Of a stretch of 44,805 nucleotides of DNA, positions 33,871 to 41,699 are shown piece after piece. The stretch comes from a virus, in IMG/VR virus record IMGVR_UViG_3300045988_165656. One strand, given 5' to 3'. The position numbers and the translations under genes were made by a program. Numbering within the stretch: position 1 is the stretch's first letter; each line of letters begins with the position of its first letter. Under the pieces are notes generated by a model, which was given only the letters and a program-made list of their open reading frames with translations, made no database searches and had not been told where the DNA came from.

Positions 33871-35534
33871 TCTGCACGCTTCTTTCTGGTTCTGCGCTTA
33901 GGCTTTTCCTCAGAGACGTCTGGAGCTGCCTCAGGCGCTTTTTCTTCAGGTTCTGATGTAGTTACATCTGCCTTTTCAGTTGTTTCACTGGGAGTCTTCT
34001 TGACGCATTCATGCTGCGCTTCTTCAGCAGCTTCAGCGTAAACTTCCATGAGGTCATCGTATGTGCAAGGAATCTCCTTACCAACAACGTTGAGACGACC
34101 ACCGCCAAAAATCACGTTGTCAGTCTTAAAGCTGATTGTTCTCGTGTCATCATCCTTAACGATGATTCTTGCAACGATGTCAACCATACCTGCTAACTTA
34201 GTAGCAATTGCTTCTTGAATGTTCGGTCCGATACGAGTGATCTGTTCACCGCTCTTCTTGGTGATAGTCTTTGTGACATCTTCGTGAGAGCAAATGATGA
34301 TGTTGTCATAGTCCAAATTGAAGAAACGTCTCATTGTGGACAGGTACTCAGTCTTGATAACATCCCAGCCCTTACCAAAGCCGCTGTCAGATTCGTGCTG
34401 AATACCCATCTTGTCGTACATGTACAAGCGGCACATTTCACGAGTGTCTTCAACGAGGTCAAGCGTGATTGTCTTGAAGTCATTCTGCTTCTTTTCCAGT
34501 TCATCCAGGATTTCCTTGAATACTTCCCACGCAAACTTGCGATTGGTAACTCTGCCAGTAACAGTGACTTCGTCCTTAATGTAGAGATACGGAGCGGTAA
34601 CGTTCTTGATGTTGCCGTCAGTGGTAAGAATCAGCGGATCAGGAAATTTGTCCGTCAGCGTTGTCTTACCTGCGAACGGCGGAGCATACAGCCAAATTTT
34701 CTTCTTGTTGGAGATTTCAATCTCTCGACGTTCATTCTTTGGAAGGTTCATGTAATCAATTCCTTTCTCACAATAGAGTTGGTATTCGCACCAGTCACAC
34801 AGGCGCGTCGGATTTTTTGTATATTCAGTATCTTCAATGCAATGTTTTGTATCGATAAGATACTCAATAACTTTGTTTGGGTCATAATCAATTTTCTTGA
34901 CAGTGATTTCTTTTTGTTCAAGATCTTCCATGCATCTCTTTCGAAACTCATAAATGGTCTCATCTCTTGGATTTGTCTTGTTCTTACGCTTCATTCTCAG
35001 ATTGCATTTTGGAACAAATACAAAATAGAGATTTCGGATGCGTTTACCCGGATTTGTAAGCTCAAAGAAGTATTTATAAAGATGAAGCTGTGCTGAGTCC
35101 AAATATCCTTTCACGTTGTTGGAATATTTGAAGTCGTAGATGTCATAATATTCACATTCCCTTGGTTCGTCTGGAGCATCAAGCCAGAGCCCTTTGCCAA
35201 CCGGAACCAACAAATCGATGAATCCAACAAAATCTTCAGTTTCAATCTTTACTTCATGCTGTCCTTCAGGTAACAACTTCTTGACTTTGGGAATCAAATA
35301 CTCAAGCTTCATCGCTTCCGTTACATGTGCATCGTCGATAACTGGGTATGCCCCATAGTATTCGTCGATTGCAGCAGCAACGTCTTTCTCAATTCCTGTG
35401 TGCAACGCATGCCCTAAAACCAGTGCATTCTGCGGATCGCAATTGAAAATAGTTTTCAATTTATCACGATACCGCAACTTGAATTGGTACGGGCATTTCT
35501 CATGCGTTGACACTCTTGAATAGCTCACCTGCAT
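33867..35534 (-). CDS. Fusion of a Cas4/RecB-like PD-(D/E)XK nuclease and a Sak4-like (AAA_24) ATPase
   Basis: Nuclease half has KCPYQF plus CDWCEYQLYC (four-Cys cluster), GFIDLL, YDFKYS and QLHLYKYF. ATPase half has WLYAPPFAGKTTL...LILTTDGN. Confidence 0.8.
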   Translation of the reverse strand: MQVSYSRVSTHEKCPYQFKLRYRDKLKTIFNCDPQNALVLGHALHTGIEKDVAAAIDEYYGAYPVIDDAHVTEAMKLEYLIPKVKKLLPEGQHEVKIETEDFVGFIDLLVPVGKGLWLDAPDEPRECEYYDIYDFKYSNNVKGYLDSAQLHLYKYFFELTNPGKRIRNLYFVFVPKCNLRMKRKNKTNPRDETIYEFRKRCMEDLEQKEITVKKIDYDPNKVIEYLIDTKHCIEDTEYTKNPTRLCDWCEYQLYCEKGIDYMNLPKNERREIEISNKKKIWLYAPPFAGKTTLTDKFPDPLILTTDGNIKNVTAPYLYIKDEVTVTGRVTNRKFAWEVFKEILDELEKKQNDFKTITLDLVEDTREMCRLYMYDKMGIQHESDSGFGKGWDVIKTEYLSTMRRFFNLDYDNIIICSHEDVTKTITKKSGEQITRIGPNIQEAIATKLAGMVDIVARIIVKDDDTRTISFKTDNVIFGGGRLNVVGKEIPCTYDDLMEVYAEAAEEAQHECVKKTPSETTEKADVTTSEPEEKAPEAAPDVSEEKPKRRTRKKRAE

Positions 35535-35536
35535 AA

Positions 35537-35896
35537 TCAATCCACCAAGAAATTCGTATCAAGTGCAAACCAATGAGTTGCTGCGGCTTGATCTTCGGAA
35601 AACACCATTGTAATGTCACCATTAGTTTCGATTTTCCACCGTGCAATCATAGGGACACCACCGCTGGCTGATTTGTTCTGAAGAAAATGATATACTCTCG
35701 TCGGTCTATGACCAACGGGCAATGTTGCAACCACAACACTATCTCCTGTAATTCCCTTGATACCGCCACGAATGTAAACTGCTTCACCAATTTTTCGATA
35801 CTGCGGAATAACAGAATCAGAATTGGGTGTGATTCCGCTTTTCAGCGGCAACGTTTTCCAGCCGCTGTCTGCTGTCATTTCGTAAACACCTTTCAT
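35537..35896 (-). CDS. Stand-alone copy of a fibre-tip-like domain (paralogue of the 35910-36620 C-terminus)
   Basis: 119 aa align over their full length to the last ~110 aa of the upstream gene (GW..L.L.SGI....IPQ.RK.G..V..RG..K...G..V.ATLPVG.RPT). Strong SD aaggagg. Confidence 0.5.
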   Translation of the reverse strand: MKGVYEMTADSGWKTLPLKSGITPNSDSVIPQYRKIGEAVYIRGGIKGITGDSVVVATLPVGHRPTRVYHFLQNKSASGGVPMIARWKIETNGDITMVFSEDQAAATHWFALDTNFLVD

Positions 35897-35909
35897 GCAT
35901 CATTCCTCC

Positions 35910-36620
35910 TTAAATGTCAAAGCATGTGTGAATCGGAAACCATTTGGATGCGTCAAACGAGGCGCCATCAGAAATAGCTTCCAGCTTAACTTCACCCGCA
36001 GCATTAATCGTAAATCTCGCAAACATTGGGAAGCCTCCCTCGCGAAGCGATGTGTTCTGAATGAAACTGATTGTCGCTGTAGGTCTACAACCAACAGGGA
36101 GAGTTGCAAGAACACCTGTTCCCAATACATTTTTGACTGCACCTCGAACAAATACAGTGCTGCCAACTTTGCGGCACTGCGGAATTTGAGAATCTGCATA
36201 TGATTCAATGCCGCTTGTAAGTGTCAAATTCACCCAACCAGTATCGGTCGCATCGAACACTTTCCAAGCTCCCCAAGAATTCGAATAATAGCAGCGCTCG
36301 AAATATACTTTTTCTTCTTTACGGCAAACAGTATACTTCTGAATTTTCTGACCGCCTGAGCCGCCGCAAAATACCTCCAACATTCCAGTGTAATTTGCAG
36401 CAGCTGTGGGTGCATTGAGCAGACTCTGTGCAACCGCAACCGTAGGAATGATATAGCGACCACAATCTAATGTGTTCAAATCGGTGCCGGCAACGAGCAT
36501 CTGACCGTCAAGAGCTTCAACCTTCACCAACCGTGCATTATGGAGAGTGACTGTAGTTTGCAGTGCAGCAACCTGCTCTTGCAATGTTGCCACGTCATCG
36601 TAAATATTACTCATTTCCAA
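35910..36620 (-). CDS. Tail-fibre-like protein: coiled coil, pyocin-knob-like domain and C-terminal tip domain
   Basis: N-terminal heptad region. GTDLNTLDCGRYIIP...LNAPTAAANYTGMLEVF...SNSWGAWKVF resembles fibre knob domains. C-terminal domain is shared with 35537-35896. Confidence 0.55.
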   Translation of the reverse strand: MEMSNIYDDVATLQEQVAALQTTVTLHNARLVKVEALDGQMLVAGTDLNTLDCGRYIIPTVAVAQSLLNAPTAAANYTGMLEVFCGGSGGQKIQKYTVCRKEEKVYFERCYYSNSWGAWKVFDATDTGWVNLTLTSGIESYADSQIPQCRKVGSTVFVRGAVKNVLGTGVLATLPVGCRPTATISFIQNTSLREGGFPMFARFTINAAGEVKLEAISDGASFDASKWFPIHTCFDI

Positions 36621-36835
36621 ATTACCTCCATTTCTCTTGTGAAATTGTCTTCCTTAAGGTTCTTGATGAATTCCTTGAATCTTGGAAATGCCGAAGGATA
36701 TAAAACCAATGCAAAGCCACCAGCATCGCGAATCTTCTCAATGTTGTACAATTGCAGCTCTGACGGTCTTCCTTGCTGAGCTTTCACTTCAATGGCTACA
36801 AAATAACCATTGACACAAGCTAAGATGTCAGGCAC
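36611..36835 (-). CDS. VRR-NUC nuclease (coordinates from the first canonical start; conserved frame extends up to 36946)
   Basis: GVPDILACVNGYFVAIEVKAQQGRPSELQ carries the D...ExK...Q core. 37 more open in-frame codons upstream encode a typical VRR-NUC N-terminus. Confidence 0.7.
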   Translation of the reverse strand: MPDILACVNGYFVAIEVKAQQGRPSELQLYNIEKIRDAGGFALVLYPSAFPRFKEFIKNLKEDNFTREMEVIWK

Positions 36836-36942
36836 ACCTGCTTTTGTAAATTGGGAACCTGCCCAATACTTGATGAACCATGCTCCTTCTGCCTCAAGGA
36901 ATTTCTTGATTTTGTTCTCGAAGCATTTTTCTTGAGCCGTTT

Positions 36943-37197
36943 TTATTCACCTCTTTTCGTAAGAGTAATCTTCTTAGCGCGTCCGTTGAGAATGAGCACG
37001 AAAGATGCTGTGCCGTCTTTGTCGGGTTCGATGGAGTACTCTCCTGGCTCCTGAAGTACCTTGATTTCACGGCAATCTCGCTTTGCACAGTAAACTGACT
37101 TTGCAATCAGATATGCTCCGATGATTGCTGCAAGGCCTAAGCAGAGGAAAATAACGACCAAATCAAACTTTATATCGTAGGAAAAATTATTCCACAT
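36943..37197 (-). CDS. Small membrane-anchored protein
   Basis: ATG at 37197. One TM helix (LVVIFLCLGLAAIIGAYLIA). 84 aa. Confidence 0.45.
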   Translation of the reverse strand: MWNNFSYDIKFDLVVIFLCLGLAAIIGAYLIAKSVYCAKRDCREIKVLQEPGEYSIEPDKDGTASFVLILNGRAKKITLTKRGE

Positions 37198-38458
37198 TTT
37201 CAAACAACCTTTCAGTGTAGTCACGTCTCATTTTAAGGGCGCTATAGATTTTTGTTTCGATTGAATTTTTACAAATCAAATAGTAATAGAAACATGTTCG
37301 TTCCTGACCTATTCGATGCGTACGCTTTTTGCTCTGTTCAAATAATTCACTTGATAACGGAGGAGTGAAGTACACAATCTTATTGGACTTTTGGAGATTA
37401 AGTCCCATTGCTCCTGCTTGATATTGAATCAAGGTGACAGAATTTTCAAAATTCTCATAAGCTGACAAATCCTTTGTATCACCGTTCACGATGCTCAAAG
37501 GGCGATCTGAATCAATTACTATTTCAGATAATTTCATCAGTTCATTCTGAAAATTATAGAAAACAATGAGTCTGTCATCAGTCGAACTCAGCAAATCTTT
37601 GAACAAATTGAGTTTTTCCTTATTTGCAAATCCACACAACATTCGTTCATAAAGCATTTTTGTAAGTGATGTATCACCAACAAATTCTTGATTGTCGAAT
37701 TTTACTATTGCATCTTTGTGGAATTTGCGGTATTCTTTTGATACTGTACAATGGAGATTAGTATCGATTTGTTGAGGCAAATCAAATACTTCGTTCGATT
37801 TCATGAACACTGCTCCTTGCTCACGAAGCTTTCGTTTCAATCGCTCGACATTTTTATATCCATCGATAATTTTGACTGGAAAACCGTCGAAATCTTCAAA
37901 ATGATATTTCACATATGTATTCCAAAATGCTGTCTTTGAAATGTTCCAACCTAATAGCTGACATTGACTCCAAAGCTTTTCGTATTTACCTCCTGTTGGT
38001 GTACCCGACAAGAGTATTACGTTTTCAGGCTTCAATCGCTTGAGAATAAATTTGGAACGTTTAGATGTCTCATTTTGTACCAATGATGACTCATCCAAAA
38101 TCAATGTGAAATTTCTCAATTTTGTAAGTGCGGGTCGTCTGAAAATCAAGTCATAATTGATGATACCGACTATCGTATGTGGAATCACTTCACATAAATG
38201 TATGAAACTCTCGAATTTATCAATTTTTAATGTAGTCAAATCAACGACTTCGCATTGATAATTTACGTTGAAGTGGTCACACCAATCGTGAATCTTTGAC
38301 TTTTGACAAATAACCAAGTTGACTTTGGCACCGAGCTCTCGCATTTTCTCACTACCTACAAAAGTCTTGCCGAGGCCCATGTCGAGGTAGTAAGCAACAC
38401 GATTCTGAGAAGATGTCATCTCAAGAGCCGTTTTTTGGTGAGGAAATAAGTTCACCAT
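37187..38458 (-). CDS. SNF2-family (SF2) helicase/ATPase
   Basis: LFPHQKTAL, DMGLGKT, LILDESSLVQN and C-terminal RTHRIGQ motifs. Confidence 0.85.
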   Translation of the reverse strand: MVNLFPHQKTALEMTSSQNRVAYYLDMGLGKTFVGSEKMRELGAKVNLVICQKSKIHDWCDHFNVNYQCEVVDLTTLKIDKFESFIHLCEVIPHTIVGIINYDLIFRRPALTKLRNFTLILDESSLVQNETSKRSKFILKRLKPENVILLSGTPTGGKYEKLWSQCQLLGWNISKTAFWNTYVKYHFEDFDGFPVKIIDGYKNVERLKRKLREQGAVFMKSNEVFDLPQQIDTNLHCTVSKEYRKFHKDAIVKFDNQEFVGDTSLTKMLYERMLCGFANKEKLNLFKDLLSSTDDRLIVFYNFQNELMKLSEIVIDSDRPLSIVNGDTKDLSAYENFENSVTLIQYQAGAMGLNLQKSNKIVYFTPPLSSELFEQSKKRTHRIGQERTCFYYYLICKNSIETKIYSALKMRRDYTERLFENVE

Positions 38459-38488
38459 TCTACAACCTCTAAGTTATCATAATTGGTT

Positions 38489-39517
38489 CTACTCCAACCG
38501 AACTTGCCATAACCAGAATTGGAGCAATCCAAATAGAATGTTTTTTTCATCAGGAATCCATTCAGTCGGTTTCTCTCCGCCTCTCCATGCACAGCCATTC
38601 TTCTCGGCTTCTTCCATGAAACTTTTTACATTTTCCTCTGTTAGCTTCACAGCAAACGCAGCATTTTTGAATCCCTCCCAATCGAAAGATGTTTCCCATA
38701 CGATGACCTTTGAACCGTCTTCAGGCGCATAATTGCAGAACATGAGATTTCCGTCTACCATGTGAATACAAAGCTTATCACTCGGCACGCTGGCACTTAT
38801 TAGTGACAAAACACCCTTAAGCTCTTCAGGTATACTGTCATAAGACTCAAATGGGTTCCATTCCGTTGCAGTATGGTCGCACCAATTGCAATCATTCTTT
38901 TCGCATTCCTTCAGGAAATCGGCAATTGTCTCACGAGTAACTTCAACGAAAATATCACCCTTGATAAAACCGTTCCAGTCAAATGCGGTTTCCAGTGTGG
39001 GCTCTGCAAAACCGAACATCCGATCAAAAGCAATCTTTGCGCCGGTAGCAAAATCGAATGTATCTTCAGGACAGCATCTTGCAAGTCCTTTTTCCATCAC
39101 CTTACCGTTAATATAGTACTTTGCGATTGTCTTCTTACCTTTGCGGGTGATGACGATCTTCTCTTCCTCTTCGAACAAATCGAAGCATTCTTCCAAAACT
39201 GTGTACTGGTTAACTTTGATTTTTCCATTGTTCAGTACATCTCTCACGATTCCCTTATAACCCTTGCAGGTAATTCCATAATACTTATCAGCAAGGTCAT
39301 TACCGATAACCTTGTCGCCGATCTTGAATTTTCTCGCAGTGACCGGAATCAGTGCTCGACCGAATGACGAATTTGGCATGAAGCTGTCTGGAGCATGTTC
39401 ACCTTCAACAGTCTTGTAATGACACCATGTACGACTGATCTTTGTGATCTCAATGATGTTTTCTGCTTCTTCACCCGAGCCTACCTTATAACGTCCACCT
39501 ACAACAAACTTTCCCAT
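38489..39517 (-). CDS. Hypothetical protein with an internal duplicated ~45-aa module
   Basis: FDWNGFIKGDIFVEVTRETIADFLKECEKNDCNW...TEWNP and FDWEGFKNAAFAVKLTEENVKSFMEEAEKNGCAW...TEWIP are clear repeats. Confidence 0.5.
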   Translation of the reverse strand: MGKFVVGGRYKVGSGEEAENIIEITKISRTWCHYKTVEGEHAPDSFMPNSSFGRALIPVTARKFKIGDKVIGNDLADKYYGITCKGYKGIVRDVLNNGKIKVNQYTVLEECFDLFEEEEKIVITRKGKKTIAKYYINGKVMEKGLARCCPEDTFDFATGAKIAFDRMFGFAEPTLETAFDWNGFIKGDIFVEVTRETIADFLKECEKNDCNWCDHTATEWNPFESYDSIPEELKGVLSLISASVPSDKLCIHMVDGNLMFCNYAPEDGSKVIVWETSFDWEGFKNAAFAVKLTEENVKSFMEEAEKNGCAWRGGEKPTEWIPDEKNILFGLLQFWLWQVRLE

Positions 39518-39519
39518 AG

Positions 39520-39687
39520 TTAACTTACCTTTCCCAAGTACTCTTGTAACTTGTGTTCACTGATGTGATATGTCCATTTGCTTGACATCTTCACAGCATA
39601 TCCAAACGGTAGAATTCCTCTTTGTAAACCAATTCTTACAAATTGTTCACTCTTTCCAAGTAGCTTAGCAGCTTCTTTCACTGTCAT
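39520..39687 (-). CDS. Excisionase/MerR-like HTH protein
   Basis: MTVKEAAKLLGKSEQFVRIGLQRGILPFGYA is typical of the HTH_17/excisionase-type domain. The ATG at 39687 is the chosen start. Confidence 0.55.
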   Translation of the reverse strand: MTVKEAAKLLGKSEQFVRIGLQRGILPFGYAVKMSSKWTYHISEHKLQEYLGKVS

Positions 39688-39910
39688 CGTTACTACCATC
39701 CTCAATGAAAATTTTCCGAATTTCTTCACTAGTCAGACAGTAACGTTTTGCAATGCTAGCAATCTCATGCTGACTGAATGAACTTTTGCCACATAATTTG
39801 CTAGCAGCAGTTTGACGGCTGATTCCCAATAGTTCTGAAAGACTTTGGGAAAAATTCTCGTCACCATACAAAATCATTTTTGATTTCAACAATGTTGCGT
39901 TTGTCACCAT
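39665..39910 (-). CDS. Cro-like early HTH regulator
   Basis: ATG at 39910 follows SD gaggaggtg. LSELLGISRQTAASKLCGKSSFSQHEIASIAKRY is HTH-like. First gene of the leftward early operon. Confidence 0.5.
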   Translation of the reverse strand: MVTNATLLKSKMILYGDENFSQSLSELLGISRQTAASKLCGKSSFSQHEIASIAKRYCLTSEEIRKIFIEDGSNDDSERSC

Positions 39911-39926
39911 TATCACCTCCTCGAAA

Positions 39927-39941
39927 TTATTCTGATATAAC
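39927..39941. promoter_or_regulatory. Operator-like half of a perfect 15-bp inverted repeat (partner at 40023-40037)
   Basis: ttattctgatataac at 39927-39941 and gttatatcagaataa at 40023-40037 are exact reverse complements. They bracket the Cro-like gene promoter. Confidence 0.5.
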
Positions 39942-39976
39942 ATTCGCGATACAGATTCGTTCTTGTTACATTCTCT

Positions 39977-40004
39977 ATTATAACGCTTTTTACAGTTTTT
40001 GTAA
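39977..40004 (-). promoter_or_regulatory. Candidate early promoter of the Cro-like operon
   Basis: Minus strand reads TTACAA, 16 nt, TATAAT, between the two 15-bp inverted-repeat arms. Confidence 0.4.
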
Positions 40005-40237
40005 ATTGACAAAACAGACAAAGTTATATCAGAATAACGGTTTATTTTTTACAAATCGATTAGTTTCCTTACCAAGAAGGTAAATTTATTATAGTAGGAT
40101 AGTTAGGGGTAATCAATAGGGGAAATAGAGGCTATGTACATTGTATATTACGTAGAATAATATAGGGATATGCAGACAACTCTAGGAGAATTTAAGGGGT
40201 GATTGTGACAATTTTGTTACAAATCAAAATTCAAGAT

Positions 40238-40457
40238 AAATTCAACAAAGTCAGCATAATTCGAATAATGTTGAATTGCGAAAAACCGTTGGTATGCCGC
40301 ACTTTTTTGACTGCCAATTCCACAATTCAACTTAAAACGCTCATTTTATATATACTTATACGTCGATAATTTTTAACGTCGAAATTTTTCGACGTAGATA
40401 TATAGAATAATATATATTATTATATTATCTTGACTTGACACTGAAAGAAGGAGAATG
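40238..40457. repeat. Right copy of the diverged inverted duplication (partner at 21181-21415); integrase upstream region
   Basis: See 21181-21415. Includes the integrase SD region gaaagaaggag. Confidence 0.7.
40376..40395. promoter_or_regulatory. Perfect 9-2-9 palindrome ACGTCGAAA-TT-TTTCGACGT
   Basis: Exact reverse-complement arms. An extra ACGTCGA half-site lies at about 40359. A degenerate copy sits at 21259-21278 in the left repeat. Confidence 0.6.
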
Positions 40458-40461
40458 CACT

Positions 40462-41478
40462 ATGAAAAATCCAAATGGCTACGGTTCAGTATTCAAATTA
40501 GGAGGAAATCGGCGACGACCGTGGTGTGCCAGAGTAACAGTAGGATGGACAGACGACGGCAAACAAAAATATCAGAATATTGGATATTATGAAGAACGTA
40601 GCGAAGCACTAATTGCACTTGCAAAATATAACGACGATCCATATGACTTAGATGCAAACAAAATCACGTTCGCTGAGATATACGAAAAATGGTCAGAAGA
40701 GAAATTTCCAAAAATCTCTCAGAGTAACATTAGAGGGTATCGAACGTCTTTCAATAAATGCTCAAGACTTCACAATGTGAAATTTAGACAAATCAAGAAA
40801 ATGCACATGCAAAGAGTTATCACTGAGAATGAGCATTTATCGTTTCAAATTAGAAGTAAAATGAAAACGCTGTTCTCACAGCTCTATCGTTTTGCTATTG
40901 AGAATGACATAGTTGAGAAAGATTATTCTCAATTCGTCGATGCTGGAGAAATGACAACAAAAATAATACGTATGCCTTTCTCAGATAACGAAATAGAGCT
41001 ACTCTGGGACAATTTGGATATGGAATATATAGATACAATATTGATTATGATATACACAGGGATGCGTGTCGGAGAGCTTCTGGAGATGCGATGCGATGAC
41101 ATTGATATAAACTCTCGTATTATGATCGGTGGAATAAAAACAGCAGCAAGTAAAAATCGTGCTATTCCAATTCATAAACGAATAGTACCGCTTGTTGAAA
41201 AACGATTGAAACAAGAATATTTAGTGCAAAGTCCAACCGGTAAGAAATTTTCCTACAACAATTACATACAGCGGCAATTTACTCCACTCATGACGAAATT
41301 AGGTATGAGTCACCTGCCGCATGACTGCCGTCATACCACCGCTACTAAATTGGATAACGTAGGTGCAAACACCACTATTATCAAACGAATATTAGGCCAT
41401 GCTTCGCATGATATTACAGAACGAGTATACACTCACAAAACACACGAACAATTGGTAGAAACTATAGACAAAATATAA
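40462..41478 (+). CDS. int: Tyrosine recombinase (phage integrase)
   Basis: ATG at 40462 follows SD gaaggag. Catalytic context TGMRVGEL, HDCRHT, LGHAS and RVYTH. N-terminal arm-binding-like domain. Confidence 0.9.
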   Translation: MKNPNGYGSVFKLGGNRRRPWCARVTVGWTDDGKQKYQNIGYYEERSEALIALAKYNDDPYDLDANKITFAEIYEKWSEEKFPKISQSNIRGYRTSFNKCSRLHNVKFRQIKKMHMQRVITENEHLSFQIRSKMKTLFSQLYRFAIENDIVEKDYSQFVDAGEMTTKIIRMPFSDNEIELLWDNLDMEYIDTILIMIYTGMRVGELLEMRCDDIDINSRIMIGGIKTAASKNRAIPIHKRIVPLVEKRLKQEYLVQSPTGKKFSYNNYIQRQFTPLMTKLGMSHLPHDCRHTTATKLDNVGANTTIIKRILGHASHDITERVYTHKTHEQLVETIDKI

Positions 41479-41512
41479 AGCGCTCAGAATCACTCCTGAG
41501 CGCTTTTTCTTT
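41479..41512 (+). terminator. Rho-independent terminator after int
   Basis: Stem agcgctcag / ctgagcgct followed by tttttctttt. Confidence 0.7.
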
Positions 41513-41528
41513 TCGGTATATAATTCTA

Positions 41529-41699
41529 TTAGTGGCGGTTACGCATGTGTTCCTTGTGTTTCTCATACGCTTCTGGGTGAGTTACATAAAAGACAGTGGA
41601 CATCGAACAACCAAAATACTTGCAAATGAACTTATACGTGAATCTATTCACATGCATTTCGATCATCTTACTTTTTTCTTTAGTCGTGTACCGTCTCAT
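41529..41699 (-). CDS. Small HTH-like protein
   Basis: ATG at 41699 follows SD gaaggagg. 56 aa with the segment FICKYFGCSMSTVFYV. Confidence 0.45.
   Translation of the reverse strand: MRRYTTKEKSKMIEMHVNRFTYKFICKYFGCSMSTVFYVTHPEAYEKHKEHMRNRH

Noticed and set aside
40141-40152. Shared 12-mer tgtatattacgt at about 40141 and about 44011 as possible att-like direct repeats
   Set aside because: Exact 12-mers are expected many times by chance in 45 kb of AT-rich sequence. The flanks do not extend the match.
21181-40457. The 19-kb segment between the inverted repeats as a site-specific invertible (shufflon-like) element
   Set aside because: The repeat copies are clearly diverged, with indels, rather than identical crossover sites. 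Each runs into a gene start like a duplicated promoter/5' UTR. Inversion would put the replication genes on the opposite strand to the rest of the genome. It is kept only as a minor alternative in the finding.
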